Virus record (IMG/VR): IMGVR_UViG_3300044712_001255
Span: 62,001 to 126,000 of that record
DNA: 64,000 bases
Strand: one strand, 5' to 3'
Positions 57,795 to 64,000 of this stretch are shown here, one piece after another. The notes under the pieces are model-generated. The model was not told where the DNA came from and did not search any database. It saw only the letters and a program-made list of their open reading frames with translations. Numbering within the stretch: the stretch's first letter is position 1; each line of letters starts with the position of its first letter. A program made the position numbers and the translations under genes.

Positions 57795-58949
57795 ATGGAG
57801 TTGAAGCTGAAATTACGCCAGCTACAGGACGTTGCACGGACGACCTTAAATGAAGACAAGGCTATCCAAACACTGCGCGAGGAGGCTCGTAAGGTGTTTG
57901 GCCCTACGATGCGTGTCGATGGTACGCCAGTTGCTCTTGCGACTCGTATCAATGATCACCTTTCGTACCTTGAACACACCGGAGCTGATGTTGACGTACG
58001 AGTCAAGACGTCTGTTTTGACTGCGTTGATGAAGCATCCAGTAGCCGAAGTACGCAAAGTGGCTGCTCGGTTGTTGCCTGAAAAGCTTGCGTTGAACATG
58101 ACTCAGGACAGGGATGCTGGCGTAAGAGCTACAATTGCCCGCCGCATGCCTGCGCAGATCGTTAAGGAAATGTGCAAACGTTATCCGAACGATGATCAAC
58201 TTCACACCATCTTGTCTGAAGCTGTTGAAGAATTTGATATTCATGGCGATAAACGACTTGGAGATTCTGCAAAAACAAAGACTATTGAGTTGTCTGAGGC
58301 GTGGTACGAGCAACAGGCTCAACGCATCCTCGAAGATTACAATGAATTCAGCAGCGCAATGCCTCGTCAAATTGACAGGCACTGGAACCCGCTTGCTGTA
58401 AGGCGATACGTTGATAGCGTAAGGGCAACGTCTGGCGTCACAATCGACGTTGAGCGTTTACAAAAGGCTGTTGATAAGTTGCTTGAGGACCTTGATGATC
58501 GTAGGGAAGAGAACTACGAATACCGCACTATGCGCGAGGTCAAGGCCTCATTGAAACAACTTGTCAATGAAGACGTCTCAGGCGCTCGTCAAGTGATGCC
58601 AGTTATTTCTGAGGCAGAAGAAGACGTTGTTAAAAATCTTTTGAACTCGCAGATGTCTTCGCATGAATATATGCGTTTCTTCGAGTCAATCTTCAGAGTT
58701 CGTAAGGCAAATGTGCCAGCAGCGATTCGCAAGTATCGTTTGGGTGAAGGAATCTCTCACGATACGTTGGTTCCCATGAAGGCATACTTGCCTCACGGTC
58801 GCCTCGACGAAGTTACTGAACACGCTATTGATCGATACGTTACTGCGTGGTCTGACGCCCAAAAATTGGTGGGCGAGCCACTGCAACTTGGGTGGAACGC
58901 AGACCCAGGTGACACTTCTGTCATTGGATTCGATCTTGCTCTGTTTTGA
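57795..58949 (+). CDS. Hypothetical protein with a short HEAT/LRV-like repeat and many [LI]xE sites; putative internal head or core protein
   Basis: HPVAEVRKVAARLL / DRDAGVRATIARRM repeats; GAGGAG RBS. Confidence 0.6.
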   Translation: MELKLKLRQLQDVARTTLNEDKAIQTLREEARKVFGPTMRVDGTPVALATRINDHLSYLEHTGADVDVRVKTSVLTALMKHPVAEVRKVAARLLPEKLALNMTQDRDAGVRATIARRMPAQIVKEMCKRYPNDDQLHTILSEAVEEFDIHGDKRLGDSAKTKTIELSEAWYEQQAQRILEDYNEFSSAMPRQIDRHWNPLAVRRYVDSVRATSGVTIDVERLQKAVDKLLEDLDDRREENYEYRTMREVKASLKQLVNEDVSGARQVMPVISEAEEDVVKNLLNSQMSSHEYMRFFESIFRVRKANVPAAIRKYRLGEGISHDTLVPMKAYLPHGRLDEVTEHAIDRYVTAWSDAQKLVGEPLQLGWNADPGDTSVIGFDLALF

Positions 58950-58955
58950 GGTAAA

Positions 58956-59540
58956 ATGCGCAGACTAAGAGAATTCACAAATGACGTTGTGTCTGGTGAC
59001 GTAGTACCAGTGTCAGCAACTGATACAAACAACACTGAGGTGCGTCAAAATATTCGAATGGATAACAACCTTGGAGTGTGGAACAGCGTTCATTATGGTG
59101 CACTTTCTGCGCTTCTTGCGCATCTGCGTTTTGTGTACTTTGTGCACCAGTTTTATCACTGGACCGCGGGTGGTACGGCGTTTTACGGCGATCATCTGAT
59201 GTTCCAGCGTATGTACGAAAAAACTCTTGAAGAGATCGATGATCTTGCTGAGAGGGCGATTGGCTTGGGAAGTAACGATAACGTTGATTTGCTAATGCAA
59301 TTTCAAACAATCGTTCCCTTGATCAAGGGATTTGGTCAATCTGTAACGCACGGTCGTGATTCAAATGCCGCTAAAAGAGCGCTAGAACTTGAATGCGAAT
59401 TGCTTATGATGATTGACAAAACCATCGAACATTTGGAGATGGATGGCCTAATGACAGTTGGTCTTGATGATCTTCTACCAAATATCAAGGCAAATCATGA
59501 GGGCCATGTTTACCTGTTGAAGCAAAGGTGTGGACAATGA
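58956..59540 (+). CDS. Dps / ferritin-like protein
   Basis: HQFYHW..G..FYGDH..F..MY..IDDLAERAIGLG ferroxidase-type motif. Confidence 0.8.
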   Translation: MRRLREFTNDVVSGDVVPVSATDTNNTEVRQNIRMDNNLGVWNSVHYGALSALLAHLRFVYFVHQFYHWTAGGTAFYGDHLMFQRMYEKTLEEIDDLAERAIGLGSNDNVDLLMQFQTIVPLIKGFGQSVTHGRDSNAAKRALELECELLMMIDKTIEHLEMDGLMTVGLDDLLPNIKANHEGHVYLLKQRCGQ

Positions 59541-60247
59541 ACCAACAGACGCCATTTGACCCTGAGGGCGAAGTAGCAGAAGAAGTTACAGATATCAAAT
59601 ATGATCGTTGGCGTGATTTGGCAATTCGCTTTCGTCAAGACGGTAGAGTTGATGCAAATCCATCACAGATTGAATCAGCAATTAATGCGTTACACAAAGC
59701 ATTAGAATTTGCTGGTGAACGTGGCATGTCTCAAGGTGAGATAGAGAAATTCTTCGTTGAAGACGTTGGATTACGACTTACGCCAACGCAAGTCAACACG
59801 CTTATTGATATCATGGCGTTTGATTTTGGTCTTGTATATGATGATGGGGGAGATAAGATATTTCTTGACGTTATTGATGAAGCGTTCGGTCATGTTGTGA
59901 AATCTCCTGAGGGACACGTCGGTATCGAAGACGAAGGTCCAGGTGGCAAGACAACTTACGACGAAGATGCAAAAGAGGGTTTCTGGTCAGCGCCAGAAGT
60001 TTTCTCAGAGGCAAAGAAAAAGGGTCCGTCAAAGAAAGCAGCAAAAGGCTGGGTAAAGGGCACAAAGACCTTCAAACAAAAGGTGAATAAGGCAAAGAAG
60101 ATTCCAGGCATCGACAATCCTGAGGGATTTGCTGCTTCCACGGAACACAAGGCCACCGGTAAGTGGCCAAAGCACGGCAAGAAAAATGAGTCTGTGCTTC
60201 AACAGTTCATAATGAATGTGTTGGCTGAACAAATGAAGGACAAGTGA
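59537..60247 (+). CDS. Hypothetical protein with an acidic N-half and a Lys-rich C-half
   Basis: ATGA overlap with the Dps-like gene; FSE and KNE sites. Confidence 0.6.
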   Translation: MNQQTPFDPEGEVAEEVTDIKYDRWRDLAIRFRQDGRVDANPSQIESAINALHKALEFAGERGMSQGEIEKFFVEDVGLRLTPTQVNTLIDIMAFDFGLVYDDGGDKIFLDVIDEAFGHVVKSPEGHVGIEDEGPGGKTTYDEDAKEGFWSAPEVFSEAKKKGPSKKAAKGWVKGTKTFKQKVNKAKKIPGIDNPEGFAASTEHKATGKWPKHGKKNESVLQQFIMNVLAEQMKDK

Positions 60248-60260
60248 TATTATCGCAAGC

Positions 60261-60575
60261 ATGCAGCACCTTGCTGAGATGCTTGTAGAGTTTACCACAG
60301 TATTGTTTAGATTTGATCCAATGAATCTTGGATCGTCTAATCCACTTGAATATGACAAGGAAGCTTTGTCAATTTTGTCTCGTTTTGTCGAGAGCGGAGT
60401 TCACAAGGCAGATTATGTAGAAGCGTTGAAAATCGTCATACAAACGTTCAAGTTTTGGTTTGAAAAAGATTCAAGCCCTGAACAACTTGCCAAATTGGGG
60501 GAGCTTGCGACGGAACTCTATGATCTGATGAAGAAAAGATACGTGTTGGTCGATATTTCGGAGACATTGGGATGA
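60261..60575 (+). CDS. Hypothetical protein
   Basis: TG-A-TATTAT box 7 nt upstream; 104 aa. Confidence 0.6.
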   Translation: MQHLAEMLVEFTTVLFRFDPMNLGSSNPLEYDKEALSILSRFVESGVHKADYVEALKIVIQTFKFWFEKDSSPEQLAKLGELATELYDLMKKRYVLVDISETLG

Positions 60576-61552
60576 AGACAGTCGTTATTACTGGCGCAGC
60601 TGGGTTTCTTGGTAGTCATCTTTCGAATCGATTTCTCAACGCTGGATGGCGTGTAATTGGAATAGATGATTTTTCAACTGCGCTGGGACGCTCAGCGCCG
60701 CATTTTGTTGAACTGTCGTTACGTAATAATTTCATTTTTTACGCAGAAGATATTTGTGAGTTGCAACCAGCGCTTTTTGGGATGCGTGGTGTTGGTAAGA
60801 TCGATCTTATTTTGAATTTTGCATGTCCCGCGTCACCTCCTCGTTATCAAGCAATACCCATCAAGACAATGATGACATGTGTTTGGGGTGTTGACAAAAT
60901 GTTGAGGCTCGCTCACCAACATAAATGTCCCATTGTCCATGCCTCAACTTCTGAGGTGTACGGAGATCCTGAGATTTCACCTCAAGCCGAGGAGTACAGA
61001 GGCGTAGTAAATTCGTATGGGCCACGAGCATGCTATGATGAAGGTAAGCGTGCAGCAGAAGCACTGTGTTATGACTGGACGACAAAGTTTGGCGTAGACG
61101 CAAGATTGGTAAGAATTTTCAATACTTACGGGCCTCACATGGATCCAAATGATGGACGAGTTGTGAGCAATTTCATAACTCAAGCGCTGAACGATGATCC
61201 TCTTACGATCTACGGGAGTGGCGAACAAACACGATCATTCTGCTACGTAGATGATCTTGTGGAAGGCATCTATCGTGTATCGCAACTGCCGGCTGGGCGT
61301 CTAAATGGACCCGTCAATCTTGGTAATCCACATGAATTTACAATCATCCAACTCGCTAATGTTGTTGCTGCAGTTTTGAATAAGAAACACCTCATTACAT
61401 TTGAAGCACTTCCTGTGGATGATCCACGTCAACGAAAGCCCGATATTACAAAGGCTCGTCTGTTGCTTGACGGGTGGGAACCTCAAGTTGAACTTCGATA
61501 TGGAATCGAGAAGAGTGTTGACTGGTTCAAGCGAGTGTTGCACATCAAGTGA
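60572..61552 (+). CDS. UDP-glucuronate decarboxylase (UDP-xylose synthase family SDR)
   Basis: GAAGFLGS, ACPASPPRYQ, ASTSEVYGDP, YDEGKRAAE, RIFNTYGP, DGRVVSNF, NLGNP.EF, DDP..RKPDI. Confidence 0.9.
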   Translation: MKTVVITGAAGFLGSHLSNRFLNAGWRVIGIDDFSTALGRSAPHFVELSLRNNFIFYAEDICELQPALFGMRGVGKIDLILNFACPASPPRYQAIPIKTMMTCVWGVDKMLRLAHQHKCPIVHASTSEVYGDPEISPQAEEYRGVVNSYGPRACYDEGKRAAEALCYDWTTKFGVDARLVRIFNTYGPHMDPNDGRVVSNFITQALNDDPLTIYGSGEQTRSFCYVDDLVEGIYRVSQLPAGRLNGPVNLGNPHEFTIIQLANVVAAVLNKKHLITFEALPVDDPRQRKPDITKARLLLDGWEPQVELRYGIEKSVDWFKRVLHIK

Positions 61553-61569
61553 TGTGGTAACATGTCTTT

Positions 61570-62400
61570 ATGCTAAGAGACTGCTTGTTCATGGCGGGCG
61601 AATTCAGCCTAACCATGAAATTGACCTTTAGACGTGATCGTTGGTGGCATACGTGTTCTGCGTCTCGATTGCAACATGTCACTCATGGCGTAGTTCGTCG
61701 TGAAAAGTTTTTGCGTGAAGAACTGCGTGGAATTATCTTCTACGCAGACGTTGATGATAAACAATTGGAATCTGAATCTTTGCAGGCAATCATTGCTAGT
61801 GAAGTTCCATGTTGGCCTGACCCAAATACGCTGCTGCGCATGATCGACAGACACTGCGTCATGTCGAAGCTCATTGAACTTGGTCTTGTTGATCATGATG
61901 TTTGGCAAGGAATGCATCATGCTCGTACACACCACGGGCTCACGAATTATCCCTTGGTATTGAAGGTTGGGAACAACCATCGTGGGCAAGGAAAATATCT
62001 CGTGCCAACGTGGGATGACCTGAACCAATTTCCAGAGTGGCAGGGTATCGCTACTCTTGAACCATTCTTCTCAGGGGACTCGTACAGGGTATTGTTGGTC
62101 GGCGAAGACGCATTCGGAATTCGTGTTGCAAATGGGCAAAGCTGGATCAAGAACTCCGTTGGAGCTGATGCATCATTTGATACGCCATGCAATGAAATTG
62201 TTGCGCATGCTCGCAAAGTTGCCAATGAGTTTGCGCTCGATGTTGCAGGAGTGGATTACGTTGTAAACCCTCGACACCCAGAAGATTTTCACTTCCTTGA
62301 GGTAAATCAGTTCCCTGGTATACCGCTCGACCTGCCAGGTATTGAGCGTGTTGAGCATTTCATAGATTCACGTATGCAGTGGGTAGAAAATGAAATTTGA
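61570..62400 (+). CDS. ATP-grasp fold protein (RimK-like)
   Basis: PLVLKVG..HRGQGK, EPF..G..YRV, W.KN, GVDYV, FLEVNQFPG. Confidence 0.8.
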   Translation: MLRDCLFMAGEFSLTMKLTFRRDRWWHTCSASRLQHVTHGVVRREKFLREELRGIIFYADVDDKQLESESLQAIIASEVPCWPDPNTLLRMIDRHCVMSKLIELGLVDHDVWQGMHHARTHHGLTNYPLVLKVGNNHRGQGKYLVPTWDDLNQFPEWQGIATLEPFFSGDSYRVLLVGEDAFGIRVANGQSWIKNSVGADASFDTPCNEIVAHARKVANEFALDVAGVDYVVNPRHPEDFHFLEVNQFPGIPLDLPGIERVEHFIDSRMQWVENEI

Positions 62401-62656
62401 TATCGTCCCAGGCGATATGATCGAATGGGTATACAATTCAAATAAACGGCGTGTTGACGTAAATGAACAACTTTATTCGACTGTAATGAAACAATGGGTG
62501 TCTATCGGACGTCCAGCTTTGTTGATCCACATCGATGAACACACGTATTCGTGGCTTTCCCCGACGGGGTTGTTCCACGCGCGTGTGGATGATACGCAGC
62601 CGGTCGGTTGGGGTGGCACCCTCCTCCACCCTGTTGTTCCACACTTGTGCGGATGA
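62390..62656 (+). CDS. Small protein whose C-terminus is encoded by a repeat-spacer-repeat unit
   Basis: 88 aa; start overlaps the end of the ATP-grasp gene; stop TGA lies within repeat 2. Confidence 0.65.
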   Translation: MKFDIVPGDMIEWVYNSNKRRVDVNEQLYSTVMKQWVSIGRPALLIHIDEHTYSWLSPTGLFHARVDDTQPVGWGGTLLHPVVPHLCG

Positions 62657-62705
62657 TACATACAACACCACAGTGATTAGTGAAGTTCACGCTCGTGTTA
62701 TGACG
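62569..62705 (+). CRISPR. Degenerate CRISPR-like mini-array (two 27-nt repeats plus a third remnant); no cas genes in the window
   Basis: GTTGTTCCACGCGCGTGTGGATGATAC (62569-62595) and GTTGTTCCACACTTGTGCGGATGATAC (62633-62659), 23/27 identical and both hairpin-forming; 37-nt spacer; remnant GTTCACGCTCGTGTTATGACG at 62685-62705. Confidence 0.5.
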
Positions 62706-62813
62706 TAAATAAGCTCACCAGTGGTGTAACAAATGCGCGCGCGAGGTAATTTATCTATGGGCAGCAATGCTGCGCCAAGTTTGACAAGTAATTCAAGTTG
62801 AAAGGTAGAAAAG

Positions 62814-63926
62814 ATGACAATTCAGGCTATTGATTTGGCAATTTCGTTCGATACGACTGGTTCAATGTATCCGTGTCTCACCCAGGTACGTCGTAACGTT
62901 GCAAACCTCGTCAAGAAGATGATCGCGACTGTACAAGGTATTCGAATCGCAATCATTGCTCACGGTGACTACTGCGACGAGGGACACTCATACGTTACGA
63001 AGATTCTTGACTTCACCTCTGATGAAAAGAAGATCAGCGATTTCATTCAGGGCGTTGAACCCACTGGTGGTGGTGACGCTCCAGAGTGCTATGAGCTTGT
63101 GCTGCATCAGGCTCGTTCGTTGTCGTGGAAGTCAGGCAAGTCCAAGGTGCTTGTCATGATTGGCGACGACGTTCCTCATGCTCCCAACTACCCACTGAAC
63201 AAGGGACGAATCGACTGGCGCAATGAGCTCGGGCTTCTTACCGAGGCAGGCATCAGCGTTCACGGAGTCCACGCTCTTCCGGGATGTCGTCGACACTCAA
63301 AGTCATTCTATGATGAGATTGCACGAAAGACCGGCGGGTTTTATCTCACCCTCGATCAGTTCTCAACCGTCGAGGACCTGTTGATGGCGGTTGCCACAAA
63401 GCAGGATGGAGATGAGACGCTCAACAGCTATGTTGAGACTGTGAAGGCAGCAGGTCGCGCGACTCGTAACTTCATCAATATCGTGGGAACTCTCACTGGC
63501 AAGGCGATTGCTTGGGCAGGTCCAAAGGTCACCACGTCTGACGGCAAGGAACTCGTGCCTGTTCCTACTGGACGTTTCCAGGTGATGAAGGTGGATGAGA
63601 CTACGGTGATTGCAAACTTTGTGCAGGCACAGGGCGCAAGCTTCAAGCCGGGTCGTGGCTTCTATGAGCTGACGAAGTCCGAGAAGGTGCAGGGATACAA
63701 GGAGATCATCCTGCAGGACAAGGTCTCTGGTGATCTCTTCAATGGTTCGCAGGTACGTGATCTGTTGGGACTTCCGCATCATGAAGACGGACGCCTGTCC
63801 AGCAAGTCTTTGCTCGACAAGTACCGCATTTTTGTGCAGAGCACTTCCTACAATCGTAAGCTTGTAGGTGATACATACTTCTTGTACGAAACACCGGATT
63901 GGGAGCGGCTAGACGACGCCGCGTAA
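62814..63926 (+). CDS. von Willebrand factor A domain protein with a conserved C-terminal domain
   Basis: MIDAS-like FDTTGSM, GDY, GGGDAPECYE, IGDDVPH; C-terminal GRGFYE..VQSTSYNRKL. Confidence 0.85.
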   Translation: MTIQAIDLAISFDTTGSMYPCLTQVRRNVANLVKKMIATVQGIRIAIIAHGDYCDEGHSYVTKILDFTSDEKKISDFIQGVEPTGGGDAPECYELVLHQARSLSWKSGKSKVLVMIGDDVPHAPNYPLNKGRIDWRNELGLLTEAGISVHGVHALPGCRRHSKSFYDEIARKTGGFYLTLDQFSTVEDLLMAVATKQDGDETLNSYVETVKAAGRATRNFINIVGTLTGKAIAWAGPKVTTSDGKELVPVPTGRFQVMKVDETTVIANFVQAQGASFKPGRGFYELTKSEKVQGYKEIILQDKVSGDLFNGSQVRDLLGLPHHEDGRLSSKSLLDKYRIFVQSTSYNRKLVGDTYFLYETPDWERLDDAA

Positions 63927-63948
63927 TCCAAGACGCTTTCTTGGAATT

Positions 63949-63981
63949 GATCAGGCCTCCTCGCGGGGCCTGATCTGTTTG
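63949..63981 (+). terminator. Intrinsic terminator after the vWA gene
   Basis: GATCAGGCC...GGCCTGATC stem followed by TGTTTG. Confidence 0.75.
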
Positions 63982-64000
63982 TACTGCACGTTGTTTTGGA

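Noticed and set aside
62390-62705. Diversity-generating retroelement TR/VR pair
   Set aside because: The repeats are only 27 nt, the mismatches are not adenine-specific, and there is no reverse transcriptase in the window.
1-64000. Stop-codon reassignment as seen in some jumbo phages
   Set aside because: TAA, TAG and TGA all terminate well-recognised full-length genes, and coding density is high under code 11.

Overview
A 64-kb segment of a large contractile-tailed (myovirus-like, probably jumbo) dsDNA phage. It uses the standard genetic code, and almost all genes are on the + strand. 1-33.6 kb is neck and tail morphogenesis: neck/terminator genes, two tandem ~1000-aa sheath paralogs, tail tube, a tail chaperone with a likely programmed frameshift, a 1689-aa tape measure and baseplate genes. 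This block is interrupted by three related homing-endonuclease-like genes and an NAD salvage pair (NMNAT-Nudix + NAMPT). 33.6-48.8 kb is replication and nucleotide metabolism: short family A polymerase, HD protein, SSB, RecA, dUTPase, 5'-3' exonuclease, DnaB-like helicase, class II RNR carrying a Gln-terminated HNH intein, ThyX, Tmk and a MazG-like enzyme. 48.8-64 kb is accessory: Hsp20, a C39 peptidase, an RNA-repair-like cluster (Pnkp, HD, tRNA-like RNA, RNA ligase, metallophosphoesterase, nucleotidyltransferase-like), DNA methyltransferase, HNH, Dps, UDP-GlcA decarboxylase, ATP-grasp and vWA. The most unusual non-coding signals are four. (i) A type I-E CRISPR-like repeat-spacer-repeat unit encodes the C-terminus and stop codon of a small ORF (62569-62659). 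(ii) A tRNA-like element abuts the RNA ligase start codon. (iii) Many genes have a -10 box exactly 6 nt before the ATG, suggesting leaderless expression. (iv) A second TA(G/C/T/A)TTA promoter-like motif precedes structural and putative internal-head genes, in places inside hairpins that would occlude the start codon. All product calls come from motif recognition by eye; no database searches were run.
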